Source: Candidatus Omnitrophota bacterium
Lineage (GTDB): Bacteria; Omnitrophota; Gorgyraeia; JAGLLT01
Direction: 5' to 3'
Assembly (NCBI GenBank): GCA_030632085.1
Contig: DAOVJY010000001.1
Location: 142,289-206,288, forward strand
DNA: 64,000 nt
The stretch's first letter is position 1. The number at the start of each line of letters is the position of its first letter. The notes beneath the pieces were generated by a model. It was not told the DNA's origin and did not search any database. It saw nothing but the letters and a program-made list of their open reading frames with translations. This document shows positions 40,287 through 51,078 of this stretch, one piece after another. Made by a program: the position numbers and the translations under genes.

Positions 40287-42218
40287 TTAAACAGCGTCTA
40301 ATTCAATTATAATCAGAACTTTTGAAGGAGTCTTATAAGGCGTGAGAACTTTGTCTAAGGCGGCTTTGACAGTTTCAAGTTTTTTAGCCTTAATATCAAT
40401 TGAGGTCGCAAAAGTTTCCCGATGCCTATAAATAAAAATATCGGACGCATCCCGCGGATTAATTATTAAATCTTTTTTATTTACTTCATTCAATCTGTTA
40501 ACTAAATCACTTGACGCTTTTTGAACCTTTAACTTATCCTGTGACCTGAGGTGAACTTTGCTGAGCGAAAAAAGCGGAGGCAGTTTCAAATCTTTTCTCT
40601 CCTCAAGCTCAAACTCCAAGAAAGACTCATAATCGTTATTTTTTAAAAATTCCAACGCCTTAAGTTTAGATAAAAAAGTCTGAATTAAAAAATTAGGGTT
40701 TTTAGAAGCCGAATAGTATTCATTTAAAAGCGTAAACATAAATGAAAATGCTTTCTCCATACCCCTAAAATCATTCTGCTTTATAAGGCTCTCCAGGGAT
40801 AAAGTTGCCAGGCAATCAGTGTTGGTAAAATCAATACCTGCCCCTAATATTTGAGTTCCGATTAAAAAATCAATCCTGCCTTTATTAAAGGCATCTATTA
40901 TTTTGAACCTGTCTTTAATTTGAGAAGCTTCATCTAAGTCTAAGCGTTCAATTTTAGCGTTAGGAAATAAATAAGCTAAGTTGCTCTGTAGTTTTTGGGT
41001 ACCGTGACCGAAAAATTTAACGTAGGCCTTCTTACAGGCGGGACATATTTTTGGAACCTCTCGCGTGTAATTACAATGATGGCAAACGGCCGTCTTTTTA
41101 TCATAATGATAGCTTAAAATACAATCGCATCGGGGACAAGTTAATATATGCTGACATTTCTGACATTTTATGATACTCGCAAAACCCCGACGATTAAAAA
41201 CAATAAGCGCTTGTTTTTTATTATCCAGACATTTTTTAAGCGCCTCCTGGAACCTGAAAGACATAAACTTCTTGCGGGTGGTTATATCTTCTTCCTCGTT
41301 TAAATCTATGAGCTGAAAGTTTTTAATAAGCGGTTTTGTCTTTGGTTCATTTACAACTTGAATGTTTTTTTCTTTGGCTTGATAATAAGTTTTTAATGAA
41401 AGGTTAATACTTGCCTTTATTAGAGGAAAATCAGCCGCCTGGGCCCTAAATAATGCCGCCTGCCTGGCATCATAGCGAGGTGTATCAGGCCTTTTATAAA
41501 ACTCTGATTCTTCCTGCTCTAAAATAATTAACCCCAGTTTTTTTATATCTAAAAAAACGCAGGACCTGGTGCCGATAATGACTGAAGCCTTATCGTCGTA
41601 TAATTTCTCTAAATTTATCTTATTTAGTTTTTGAGACTGTTGGCTTGAAAAACATATAAGCTCCCCGCTTAAATCCCCCTCAAGTTCCCTTCTTAAGTAT
41701 TCAACACCAAAGGCATCAGGAGAAAGCAGTAATATTTTTTTATCCCCCTTAGATGTCTCTTGAATAATTTTCTTATAAATTTCTATCTTTTCACGAGAAT
41801 TATTAAAAGAGTATAAAACTTCTTTAAAAACAGTTTTATCCACACTCTTACTATTAGCCCCGCAAGCAGGATTCACTTTATCAAAATTCTTAATAATGGA
41901 CTTTTTGCTTTTTAAGGCAAAAGGGACACCGGCCTCTAACATTTGTCCCCAGGAACAAAAGTAATAATCGGCAACTTTTTTAGTTAGCTCAAGTAAAGCT
42001 TGCGTATAAATGGCCTCAACATCAACTAAACCTTCAATAGAACTTAGTTTTTTAAAATCACTTTTTTCTTTTAGGGCGACAACAAAGGCAATGGTTCTTT
42101 TACGCGCGAAAGAAACGTGAACCCTCTGCCCTATTTTTATATATTTGATTAGATTGTCCGGTATGTGGTAATCGAAAACTTTATTGATGGGTCTGTTGAC
42201 GGCAACTTCGGCTATCAT
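40287..42218 (-). CDS. priA: Primosomal protein N' (PriA), helicase motifs degenerate
   Basis: FDYHIP..IGQRV.V.F 3'BD, IGTRS, PRYDAR, NRRGF, four CxxC, GTQKL, IGTQ. Confidence 0.88.
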   Translation of the reverse strand: MIAEVAVNRPINKVFDYHIPDNLIKYIKIGQRVHVSFARKRTIAFVVALKEKSDFKKLSSIEGLVDVEAIYTQALLELTKKVADYYFCSWGQMLEAGVPFALKSKKSIIKNFDKVNPACGANSKSVDKTVFKEVLYSFNNSREKIEIYKKIIQETSKGDKKILLLSPDAFGVEYLRRELEGDLSGELICFSSQQSQKLNKINLEKLYDDKASVIIGTRSCVFLDIKKLGLIILEQEESEFYKRPDTPRYDARQAALFRAQAADFPLIKASINLSLKTYYQAKEKNIQVVNEPKTKPLIKNFQLIDLNEEEDITTRKKFMSFRFQEALKKCLDNKKQALIVFNRRGFASIIKCQKCQHILTCPRCDCILSYHYDKKTAVCHHCNYTREVPKICPACKKAYVKFFGHGTQKLQSNLAYLFPNAKIERLDLDEASQIKDRFKIIDAFNKGRIDFLIGTQILGAGIDFTNTDCLATLSLESLIKQNDFRGMEKAFSFMFTLLNEYYSASKNPNFLIQTFLSKLKALEFLKNNDYESFLEFELEERKDLKLPPLFSLSKVHLRSQDKLKVQKASSDLVNRLNEVNKKDLIINPRDASDIFIYRHRETFATSIDIKAKKLETVKAALDKVLTPYKTPSKVLIIIELDAV

Positions 42219-42880
42219 TTGATTTTAAGATTTAATTCTTTCATTATAAGTTTCATGTCGCCCCAGACAGTGCTCTTTTCTTTTTGATTGCGTAATAAGT
42301 AGGCCGGATGAAAAGTAGGCATAAACTTAATGCCTTCGTAAACATAAAACTTACCCCTTAATCTGGAAATTGGTGTTTCCACTTCAAGCAGAACTTGAGC
42401 CGCGAAAGTACCCAGAGCGCAAATAACTTTAGGTTTGATAATCTTTATCTGACTTTTTAAGTGTGAAAGACAAGCCGTAATTTCGTCTCCTCTGGGATTG
42501 CGGTTAGCGGGAGGCCTGTCTTTTAAAATATTGGCAATATAGATATCTTCCCTTTTTAATCCCATGGCTTCAATAATCTTGGTTAAAAGCTTGCCGGACC
42601 TGCCCACGAAAGGCCTGCCCTGTAAATCTTCATCCCTGCCCGGAGCTTCACCTACAAACATGAGCCTTGCTTTGGGGCTGCCTTCTCCGAAAACAAGGTT
42701 AATCCGGGTTTTATAAAGAGGGCATTTTTTACACTTTAGAACTTTCGCTTTTAATTCTTCCATGGCCGCCGCTTTTTCTTTTTCATCAGAAGCACAATGA
42801 AATTCTTCTATACCTAAATTCATATCCGTCTCAAGAGACATTTTTATTTTTTTCAAATCTTCAGACAATTTCTTTTGCAA
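42215..42880 (-). CDS. Uracil-DNA glycosylase family 4
   Basis: C..C.L, GEAPG..ED..GRPFVG, TFHPAY. Confidence 0.93.
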   Translation of the reverse strand: MQKKLSEDLKKIKMSLETDMNLGIEEFHCASDEKEKAAAMEELKAKVLKCKKCPLYKTRINLVFGEGSPKARLMFVGEAPGRDEDLQGRPFVGRSGKLLTKIIEAMGLKREDIYIANILKDRPPANRNPRGDEITACLSHLKSQIKIIKPKVICALGTFAAQVLLEVETPISRLRGKFYVYEGIKFMPTFHPAYLLRNQKEKSTVWGDMKLIMKELNLKIK

Positions 42881-43979
42881 TTTCCACCATCCTATCGGCT
42901 GCCTTACCCTGAGCTTCCGCCAAAGCGCTTTGCCTCATTTTTAAAAGAATATCCCCGTTTTTTAAAACCTGACTGATAAATTCCACTATAGCCTGAGGAG
43001 TTTTTTTAGCAACCACCGCTCCTTTAGATGCCAGATAAACGGCATTACCTTCTTCCTGTCCGGGTATGGGCTTGATAACTATAGCCGGCAAGCCGGAAAC
43101 CAAAGACTCTGTCAAGGTTATGCCCCCCGCTTTAGTGATAATCAAATCACAGACCTGCATTAGCTCATCCACATTATCGGCATAGCCCAACAAACTAACC
43201 TCAAACTCCAATTCTTCGGCGCAACCCTTTAAATTCGCAAGCAATTCCCGATTATAGCCGCAGACAAAAATTAAACCTAATTTATCTTTAAAATCCGCGA
43301 GCTTTTTAAGTAAATACTCATAAGGGCCCACCCCAAAACCGCCTCCCATAATCAGGATACGCAGTTCTTTATTTTCTAAATTCAGTTTTTCTATTATGGA
43401 CTCTTTGTCCTTAATAACCGAAAACTTTAAATCAACGGGAATGCCGGTTACCTCTATTTTCTCTTTAAGGACACCGTCATTGATTAAGTCCTCTTTAGTG
43501 CGTTCACTGGCCACCAGAAACTTATCAGTCTCTTTACTCAACCAATAAGCATGCACGCGGTAGTCTGTAATTACAGTTACAAGTTTACTTTTGATTTGAG
43601 ACTTTCTTTTAAGCTCCCCCACCATAGAAGAGGCATAAAAATGAGTTGAAACAATAACGTCAAATTTCTCACCTTTAAGGTACTTTATAAATTCGGGGCA
43701 ATTACAGCTTTCAATAAATAATTTAAGCTTTTTTGTCAATCGGCAAAAAATCCGGTTGTTAGACATTAAAAAAAGCAAAGCCCAAATCCAGGTTAAATGC
43801 TTGACGGCAAAGATATATAATCCGGGATATGCCACCCGCGTCAGTGAGTTACATTTATCAAGCATATCCAGATAAACTATCTCATCAGACGTGTTTTTGG
43901 CTTTATAAGCGTTGTAAATAGCTTCAGCCGCCTTCTTATGGCCAATCCCGGCGGAAGCATAAACAATAAGTGCCTTCAT
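42861..43979 (-). CDS. MGDG-synthase/UgtP-like glycosyltransferase (GT28)
   Basis: SAGIGHKKAA, TDY..H..W, TKAGGIT, PGQEEGN. Confidence 0.88.
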   Translation of the reverse strand: MKALIVYASAGIGHKKAAEAIYNAYKAKNTSDEIVYLDMLDKCNSLTRVAYPGLYIFAVKHLTWIWALLFLMSNNRIFCRLTKKLKLFIESCNCPEFIKYLKGEKFDVIVSTHFYASSMVGELKRKSQIKSKLVTVITDYRVHAYWLSKETDKFLVASERTKEDLINDGVLKEKIEVTGIPVDLKFSVIKDKESIIEKLNLENKELRILIMGGGFGVGPYEYLLKKLADFKDKLGLIFVCGYNRELLANLKGCAEELEFEVSLLGYADNVDELMQVCDLIITKAGGITLTESLVSGLPAIVIKPIPGQEEGNAVYLASKGAVVAKKTPQAIVEFISQVLKNGDILLKMRQSALAEAQGKAADRMVEIAKEIV

Positions 43980-44521
43980 TTAATATCCTCGCTAAGGAGC
44001 CATAAAACCGCATCCTTGAGATCTTTTTTAATACAATCGGGTTTGGTTTGCCAATGGCTTGCATCAACTTCTTTAGTCTTGCCACATAAGACCAATATCG
44101 TTTTACAGCCTATGTTTTTTCCGGCAATAACATCGCTTTCTTTATCACCGATAAAGTACACCCGGCTGATATCGATATCTTTTTTATCTAAGACTCTCTT
44201 AAATAAACCTGTCTTCGGTTTACGGCAGGAGCAGTTATCGCTGTCCGCGTGTAGACAATATTCCACCCGGGAAATTTTAGCGCCGGCTTTTTCGATTGCC
44301 TTAACCATTTTTATATTTACCTGATCAAGCTCATTCTCAGTATAAATCCCCTTAGCTATACCGGCCTGATTTGAGACAATCACAATTTCATATCCGGCCA
44401 TGGTTAAACGCTTTAAAGCCTCAAGGACACCGGGCAAGAATTCAAAATCCTCACTCCGGCTGACATAAGTATTTAAATCTTTATTTATAACCCCGTCTCT
44501 GTCCAAAAATATTAGTTTCAT
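43976..44521 (-). CDS. gmhB: D-glycero-manno-heptose 1,7-bisphosphate phosphatase-like HAD
   Basis: FLDRDGVIN, SNQAGI, C.CRKP..G, IGDK.SD. Confidence 0.85.
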   Translation of the reverse strand: MKLIFLDRDGVINKDLNTYVSRSEDFEFLPGVLEALKRLTMAGYEIVIVSNQAGIAKGIYTENELDQVNIKMVKAIEKAGAKISRVEYCLHADSDNCSCRKPKTGLFKRVLDKKDIDISRVYFIGDKESDVIAGKNIGCKTILVLCGKTKEVDASHWQTKPDCIKKDLKDAVLWLLSEDIK

Positions 44522-44734
44522 AATTTTACCAGTATAACCAATTACTTCTTTGGCTGTAATATGTATAGGTTATTAATGGAGATATCTTCAAAACCAGATA
44601 TCTCCAAAGCTATTTTTTGAGCTATTTGATTAATTTTCGCTTTAAATCGCGGTTTCTTTGGCATAACTAATAATGGCTGTACTATTCGGGACAGATATTT
44701 TCTATATCTCTATTATTGCTCTTCCTCACGTAAA

Positions 44735-45694
44735 CTACTTCGAATTTTTTCTAAACCATTTAATTGTCCGCATTATACCCTCTTCTAAATCAACTTTCGG
44801 CTTAAAACCGAGCAACTTGATCGCTTTGTCTATTTTAGGCACTCTTAAATAAACATCTACCCCTTTTTGCTGAAGATAGCTAATTTTGGACTTTGAATGG
44901 GTTAAGCTTATAACCTTTTTAGCTAAATTTAATATAGTAATTTGAGATTCAGCATTAGCTATATTAAATACTTGGTTTTTAGACTTATCTTTGCTTAGAG
45001 ACAAGAAAACACCTTCAAGTAAATCATCAACATAGGTCCAGGTGCGTATTTGGCCGCCATCACCACTTATCTTTATATTCTCATTCTTGAGGGCTTTTTT
45101 GATAAACACCTGAATGGCACCCTCGCCAACCTGTTGCGGGCCGTATATATTAAAAGGCCTCAGTATGGTATATGGCATTTTGTATTTTTTTGAATAGGCC
45201 GCTATCATATGTTCACTAAAGAATTTTCCCGTGGCATAAACCCATCTTGGCTCGCCTACTTTACCTAAAACGGCATCATCATCTTCTTTGACCTGATACG
45301 CTTTTGATCCAAATATCTCACTCGTTGAAAAATATAGAAATCTTTTTAAACCCTTTAATCCTTTTGCCGCTTCAAGCATATAATATGTTCCAATAGCATT
45401 TATTTCAATCGTTTTAACCGGTTCTTTTACAACAGTGTCTATACCGGCGATAGCTGCCAAATGGATAATATAATCAGCTTTAGGTAATGATTTTTTTAAT
45501 AACTCTAAATTTAAAATATCACCCTTGATAATTTCAACATTTTTATGTGAAAAAATGCTGGATTTAGACAGGGCATCTCTATGAAAATTATCATATACAA
45601 CAATCTTGTTTTTATCCGCTAAACATTGCGTTAAATGGGTACCGATGAAACCGGCGCCCCCGGTAATAAATATCGTTTTATTTTTTATTGTCAT
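44735..45694 (-). CDS. NAD-dependent sugar epimerase/dehydratase
   Basis: TGGAGFIG, YxxxK (YATGK), RPFNIYGP. Confidence 0.9.
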   Translation of the reverse strand: MTIKNKTIFITGGAGFIGTHLTQCLADKNKIVVYDNFHRDALSKSSIFSHKNVEIIKGDILNLELLKKSLPKADYIIHLAAIAGIDTVVKEPVKTIEINAIGTYYMLEAAKGLKGLKRFLYFSTSEIFGSKAYQVKEDDDAVLGKVGEPRWVYATGKFFSEHMIAAYSKKYKMPYTILRPFNIYGPQQVGEGAIQVFIKKALKNENIKISGDGGQIRTWTYVDDLLEGVFLSLSKDKSKNQVFNIANAESQITILNLAKKVISLTHSKSKISYLQQKGVDVYLRVPKIDKAIKLLGFKPKVDLEEGIMRTIKWFRKNSK

Positions 45695-46812
45695 TTGGCT
45701 GCCTTTCTATAAAAATTAGCTATCTCTGTTACAATTCTTCGTTGTTCAATTTTTGTTAATTCGGGATACATAGGTAAAGATAAGATATCCTTTGAAGCCT
45801 TTTCACTTACAGGCATGCTGCCTTTTTTATATTTAAGATTTTTATAAACTTCCTGAAGATGCAAAGGAATCGGATAATATATTGCACTTGAAATACCTTT
45901 CGCTTTAAGATAAGCACTTAGCTTATCTCTTGAGGAAGCTTTGATTGTATATAGATAAAAAACATGTTTATTCTCTTTCGGTTTAAAAGGAATTACGCAT
46001 TGCTTAGCTAAATCTTTAAAAAGCACATTATAATAATCGGCATTTATATTTCGGGCATCGTTCCACTTATCCAAATATCTCAATTTTACTCTTAATATAG
46101 CCGCCTGAATTTCATCCAAACGGCTATTATACCCGTTAATAAGGTGGTGGTATTTCTTTTGGCATCCATGTGATCTAAGAATACGAAGCTTATCATAAAC
46201 TTTCTTATTTTTAGTTACTATCATGCCTCCATCTCCGTAAGCCCCTAAATTTTTACTTGGAAAAAAGCTAAAGGTTCCGGCGTCTCCAAAAGAACCGGCT
46301 TTTTTTCCTTTGTATTCGGCCCCTATTGATTGAGCGGTATCTTCTATAACTCTTAAATCGTACTTTCCGGCTAATTTCATTATTGGGGCCATATCACAAG
46401 ATTGCCCATATAAATGAACCGGCATTATAGCTTTTGTCTTTTTATTTATTTTTCTTTCTATTTTCCGCGGATCGATATTGAAGGTCTTTGCGTCAATATC
46501 TACAAAAACAGGCCTTGCGCCAACCTTACAAATTGTTTCCGTCGTTGCCACAAAAGTATAGGGTGTCGTTATAACTTCATCTCCTCTGCCTATATCTAAT
46601 GCCGCTAATGACAGCTCTAAGGCATCTGTCCCCGAAGCAACACCAACCGCGTATTTCGTACCGCAATAGCGCGCTATTTCTTCCTCGAACTTGGAAACAT
46701 TATCACCCAAAACGAATCTACCTTTAGTCAATACTTCATCTATTGATTTTTTAATCTCCGGTTTTATGCTCAAATATTGCTTTTTTAAATCCAGCAGTGA
46801 TATAGATTTCAT
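45691..46812 (-). CDS. DegT/DnrJ sugar aminotransferase (WbpE-like)
   Basis: SGTDAL, PVHLYGQ, SFFPSKNLG.YGDGG, NSRLD. Confidence 0.92.
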   Translation of the reverse strand: MKSISLLDLKKQYLSIKPEIKKSIDEVLTKGRFVLGDNVSKFEEEIARYCGTKYAVGVASGTDALELSLAALDIGRGDEVITTPYTFVATTETICKVGARPVFVDIDAKTFNIDPRKIERKINKKTKAIMPVHLYGQSCDMAPIMKLAGKYDLRVIEDTAQSIGAEYKGKKAGSFGDAGTFSFFPSKNLGAYGDGGMIVTKNKKVYDKLRILRSHGCQKKYHHLINGYNSRLDEIQAAILRVKLRYLDKWNDARNINADYYNVLFKDLAKQCVIPFKPKENKHVFYLYTIKASSRDKLSAYLKAKGISSAIYYPIPLHLQEVYKNLKYKKGSMPVSEKASKDILSLPMYPELTKIEQRRIVTEIANFYRKAAK

Positions 46813-47393
46813 TTTATCTCCTTACATTTGATTTTATCTTCAAGAGCATATTTTTTTTTGCATATTTTACATTCTGCCTTATTATTTTCAAAATGTAATT
46901 TTTCACCACACCGGCACATCCATCCTTTTATCCTAGCCGGAGTTCCAAAAACCAAGGCATAATCCGGCACATCTTTAGTGACTACACTTCCAGCCCCGAT
47001 AAAAGCACATTTTCCTATGCTATGACTGCAAACAACAGTAGCATTAGCACCTATAGATGCACCTTCTTTAACTAATGTTTTCTTGTATGACTCGGATGTA
47101 TTTCTCGGATACGCGGAGCGTGGATTATTAATATTAGTAAAAACCATTGATGGCCCGCAGAAAACATCATTTTCTAAAATTACACCATCGTATACGGAAA
47201 CATTATTTTGAATTTTAACATTGTCTCCTATGACAGCACTTCCATGAATAACTACATTTTGCCCAATTTTACATTTTTTTCCTATTAGAGCTCCCTTAAA
47301 AATATGCGAACAATGCCATATTTGCGTTTCTTCTCCAATGTTGACTCCCTCATCTATAAAAGCTGAAGGATGTGCATAATATTTCTTCTTCAT
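46809..47393 (-). CDS. Hexapeptide N-acetyltransferase (WbpD-like)
   Basis: VKIQNNVSVYDGV, VFCGPSMVFTN. Confidence 0.9.
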   Translation of the reverse strand: MKKKYYAHPSAFIDEGVNIGEETQIWHCSHIFKGALIGKKCKIGQNVVIHGSAVIGDNVKIQNNVSVYDGVILENDVFCGPSMVFTNINNPRSAYPRNTSESYKKTLVKEGASIGANATVVCSHSIGKCAFIGAGSVVTKDVPDYALVFGTPARIKGWMCRCGEKLHFENNKAECKICKKKYALEDKIKCKEIK

Positions 47394-47406
47394 TTCCTAA
47401 CCTCCA

Positions 47407-48426
47407 TTATAATCTAACAGGGATTCCATTCTTCTTAAGAGATTTCTTAGCAGCTTCTAAAACACGAACTACCCTTAATCCATCATATCCATCACTAAGC
47501 GGTTTCTTGTTTTTTATAATACAGTCTAAGAAATGCTGACATTCTAATTTAAGAGGTTCTTTTAAATCAAAACTTGGTATTAAGACATCACCATCTCTTA
47601 ATGTAATAGACTCCTCATAGGATACATATTTAACAGATAGATCTGCGCCTTTATCATAAATCCTTATTTTCTCAGTGGGTTCCATATCATCAAAGGCTAC
47701 CATTTTTTTACTGCCAACCACTGTTATCTTTCTAATTTTATGCGGGTCAAGCCAACTTAAATGAATATTAGCCATTCTTTTATTCTTAAACTGTAGATTT
47801 AAAAATACAACATCTTCTAAATCTTTTTGTAAATAATATTCTCCGCGAGCAGAAACCGAAACCGGTTCCTCATTAAGCAAATATAGAATAACAGATATAT
47901 CGTGCGGCGCCAAACTCCAAAGCGCATTTTCATCATATCTAATCTTACCCAAATTTACTCTTTGTGAATATATATAATAAACATTTCCTAGTTTTCCAGA
48001 TTCAATGAAGTCTTTAAGGTAATTTACGGCAGGATGATATTCCAACAGGTGCCCGACCATAATTTTCTTATGTTTCTCTTTTGCAATTTTATTTAATTCC
48101 TTTACATCCTTTACATGTAGACATAAAGGTTTTTCTACAAACACATGCTTGCCACTTAAAAGACATTTCTTTGCCACTTTAAAATGCGTTGACGCGGAAG
48201 TTGCCACAATAACTGCATCTATCTCGGGATTGAGCAATATATCATTAACATTTTTAGTTACTGAAACTTTTGGCAAGGACTTCTTTATTTTATTAAGCTT
48301 TTTTTCATCCAGATCACAACACATTAACAAGTTAGAATCTGAAAGTTCCGCAAAATTTCTAACTAGATTCTTACCCCAATTACCTACTCCTATAATTGCA
48401 GTATTAACTATTTTTTTTGCACTCAT
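47407..48426 (-). CDS. Gfo/Idh/MocA oxidoreductase (WbpB-like)
   Basis: IGVGNWG, HVFVEKP. Confidence 0.88.
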   Translation of the reverse strand: MSAKKIVNTAIIGVGNWGKNLVRNFAELSDSNLLMCCDLDEKKLNKIKKSLPKVSVTKNVNDILLNPEIDAVIVATSASTHFKVAKKCLLSGKHVFVEKPLCLHVKDVKELNKIAKEKHKKIMVGHLLEYHPAVNYLKDFIESGKLGNVYYIYSQRVNLGKIRYDENALWSLAPHDISVILYLLNEEPVSVSARGEYYLQKDLEDVVFLNLQFKNKRMANIHLSWLDPHKIRKITVVGSKKMVAFDDMEPTEKIRIYDKGADLSVKYVSYEESITLRDGDVLIPSFDLKEPLKLECQHFLDCIIKNKKPLSDGYDGLRVVRVLEAAKKSLKKNGIPVRL

Positions 48427-49294
48427 TTGTTTCTCCTTGTTTTATATCGCTAATTTTCTTTTCTGCAATAGCCCAAATATCCGGCCCCCAGAATTTTTTG
48501 CAGGCAATTGAAATAAGATTACTCGACCCGTCCTCACACCAAATGCGCGATTTTAAGCCGGCCTTATTTAAATGCCTTTTTAGTGTTGCCGGAGTCTGTT
48601 CATTAATATGCATATCCAGACTGTAATTATAATAATCCCTGATATAAGCCAAATCAAGGTAGGCAATAACCTTTTTAAAAGTTCCACCACTTTCAGGAGC
48701 TTTATACGGTTTTTTGGCATTAAGCCTTTTAATAATGGTCGCCGGTATTTTAAAAAATCTCTTCAGGGGATATTCAAACCTGAGCCAATTGACATTAGGG
48801 GCTGTGTGAATGATAATTCTGCCTTTAGCTGAAAGATGTTTTTTAATTTTGGTAAATAACTTTTCAAGCTGTTCGTCCGTCAAATGCTCAACTATGTCCG
48901 TCAAAAAACAACAATCAAACTCCGCTTCTAAACTTAAATCTGAAACATTAGAACATAAAAAATTACTCTTGGCTTTTAACTCAAGAGGCAGTTCATCTAA
49001 GGCGGACCGGGCTATTTTTAAAGCATCCTGACTGTAATCAATGCCTGTTGCCGAGGAAGCTCCTTTTAAGAGTGAGTAATATACCAACTCTCCTCTGCCG
49101 CAGCCAATATCAAGCACACTTTCACCTTCTTTTAAGTCGGCTCTTCTAAAAACCTCCTCAAAACGGTTATCCATCTGCCGGCTTTTAAGGCTTTTAATGA
49201 AATTATCCAATTTGCCGTCAAAGGCGTTGGTATAATATTTACCGGCATATATGGAACTATTTACTTCAGCTTTTGACATCTTCATTGGTTTCAA
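48404..49294 (-). CDS. SAM-dependent methyltransferase
   Basis: VLDIGCGRG, DIVEHL. Confidence 0.85.
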   Translation of the reverse strand: MKPMKMSKAEVNSSIYAGKYYTNAFDGKLDNFIKSLKSRQMDNRFEEVFRRADLKEGESVLDIGCGRGELVYYSLLKGASSATGIDYSQDALKIARSALDELPLELKAKSNFLCSNVSDLSLEAEFDCCFLTDIVEHLTDEQLEKLFTKIKKHLSAKGRIIIHTAPNVNWLRFEYPLKRFFKIPATIIKRLNAKKPYKAPESGGTFKKVIAYLDLAYIRDYYNYSLDMHINEQTPATLKRHLNKAGLKSRIWCEDGSSNLISIACKKFWGPDIWAIAEKKISDIKQGETNECKKNS

Positions 49295-50042
49295 TCTTTA
49301 GTTGACGGTACTTAGCATAGGTTATGAACTGATATAGGCCCGCGAATACAGCTACCACCAGACCGATAAACCCATCGCGGTAACCTTTTTTTAATACATA
49401 CGCCCTAAAAGACCTGTCCAGCGTTTTTCTTAAGGCCCTCACTAAGGACATCTTGCGCTTGTCTTCAAACCATTTCTGAGCTTCCTTCGTTGTTTGATAG
49501 TTGAGACTGCCTAAAAAATGCCCTATATCTGGATAACCTTTATGAATAATATCCGATTTAAGATAACCGCACTCACCTTCTAAAAAAATTCGCGGGTGAA
49601 CTCCGGCATCTTCATATTTAAATTTGCTTTTTCTAAAAAGCCTTACCTTAGCTGCCGGATACCAACCGCCGTATTTAATCCAATAGGTGCCGATATAATT
49701 TCTTAGCGGAATACTATAGGCCGTGTACTCATTTTTTTCCGATAAAACCCTGCCTATCTCTTCTTTAAGTTCAGCTGTCACCGTCTCATCGGCATCCAGG
49801 CTTAGCACCCAGTCATTTTTTGAGAGGCTGTAGGCATAATTTCTATGCGTGCCTTCAACTTTCATTTTTTTAACTTCAACCTTATCGGCATATTCCCCGG
49901 CAATGCTGACTGTCTTGTCGGTGCTTTCATCATCCACCACTATAATCTCATCCGCCCAGCCCTTGACCGATTTAAGGCAATCGGCTATAGCCGCCTCTTC
50001 ATTTTTAGCCACAATTACAACTGATAACGCTTCTTTTTGCAT
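49266..50042 (-). CDS. GT2 glycosyltransferase (WaaE/KdtX-like)
   Basis: AKNEE, VDDESTD, LDADE. Confidence 0.9.
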   Translation of the reverse strand: MQKEALSVVIVAKNEEAAIADCLKSVKGWADEIIVVDDESTDKTVSIAGEYADKVEVKKMKVEGTHRNYAYSLSKNDWVLSLDADETVTAELKEEIGRVLSEKNEYTAYSIPLRNYIGTYWIKYGGWYPAAKVRLFRKSKFKYEDAGVHPRIFLEGECGYLKSDIIHKGYPDIGHFLGSLNYQTTKEAQKWFEDKRKMSLVRALRKTLDRSFRAYVLKKGYRDGFIGLVVAVFAGLYQFITYAKYRQLKIETNEDVKS

Positions 50043-50046
50043 AGGT

Positions 50047-51078
50047 CTATTTTATCCTTTTTAGAGCTTGATGGAAGTTTAAAACTTCAGCTTTGTGAAT
50101 AAACTTTAGACGCCTTAAAATCTTTCTTAATTTCTCATTTCTGATAATAAGCATATTATATCGTTTTTTAAACCTTTTTAGTATTTTAAAAATCACTTTG
50201 ATATAGTAGACTGTACGGCCGTATGTAAGGAATTTTATATTGGAGTGTTTGATATCAATTTCCACCTTATCTTTGCGGGCAATTATGAACCAGTTAGCTT
50301 TATTCGCGAAGTCTAAAAAAGCTTTAATCTCATTAGGCCTTAACCCATCCGCCGCTTCAACAAAAATCCTTAGGGGCCTACCCCAACGTTCTTCAAAAAT
50401 TTTTCGATTGGCTTTAAATGTCTCATCGCGCCTTTTAAGTCCGCCAAAAGAAACATTTTCCTGATGATAAACATAACTGGCCTTAACGCGAGCCATCTTA
50501 AAACCGGCCTCCCTGGCCCTGCGCGAATAATCAGTATCCTCAAAATAACCCATACCGTAACTTTCATCTAAAATACCTATTTTATCAATGACTTCTCTTT
50601 TTATACACATACAGAAACCGCTCACCTGGGCCATTTCAACATACTCACCCCGGTATCTTCTTATTTTACCGGCATATTTATCTATATCCTTTAAGGGTAC
50701 TTTTTGGCCTAAGGTTGTACTTGACGGATTAAGGATGCCTAATCGCGGATTACTTTCAGCAACACTAATAAGTTCCCGCAGCCAACCTTTTGTTACAACC
50801 GTATCATTATTTAATAAACAGGCATATTTAGCCTGAGATTTTATCAGGCCTTGATTAGCGGCCTTTAAAAAACCCAGATTAGTCTTATTTCTTATTAAAA
50901 CAACCCTTTCACTGTTGGTATTTGTAAAATCATCCAGATACTTGCTTGTTTCATCATCTGAAGCGTTATCAATTAAAATAAGGCGGTAGTCCGCCTGAGT
51001 TCTATTAACAATACTTTCCAGGCATCTGCGGGTAATTCCAACTTGATTCCAGACAACAACGATTATATCACAACTCAT
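50047..51078 (-). CDS. GT2 glycosyltransferase
   Basis: IDNAS, LLNNDT, YFEDTD. Confidence 0.9.
   Translation of the reverse strand: MSCDIIVVVWNQVGITRRCLESIVNRTQADYRLILIDNASDDETSKYLDDFTNTNSERVVLIRNKTNLGFLKAANQGLIKSQAKYACLLNNDTVVTKGWLRELISVAESNPRLGILNPSSTTLGQKVPLKDIDKYAGKIRRYRGEYVEMAQVSGFCMCIKREVIDKIGILDESYGMGYFEDTDYSRRAREAGFKMARVKASYVYHQENVSFGGLKRRDETFKANRKIFEERWGRPLRIFVEAADGLRPNEIKAFLDFANKANWFIIARKDKVEIDIKHSNIKFLTYGRTVYYIKVIFKILKRFKKRYNMLIIRNEKLRKILRRLKFIHKAEVLNFHQALKRIK

Noticed and set aside
44525-44730. Short ORF MPKKPRFKAK... between epimerase and gmhB
   Set aside because: About 40 aa with no recognisable motif; at most a remnant
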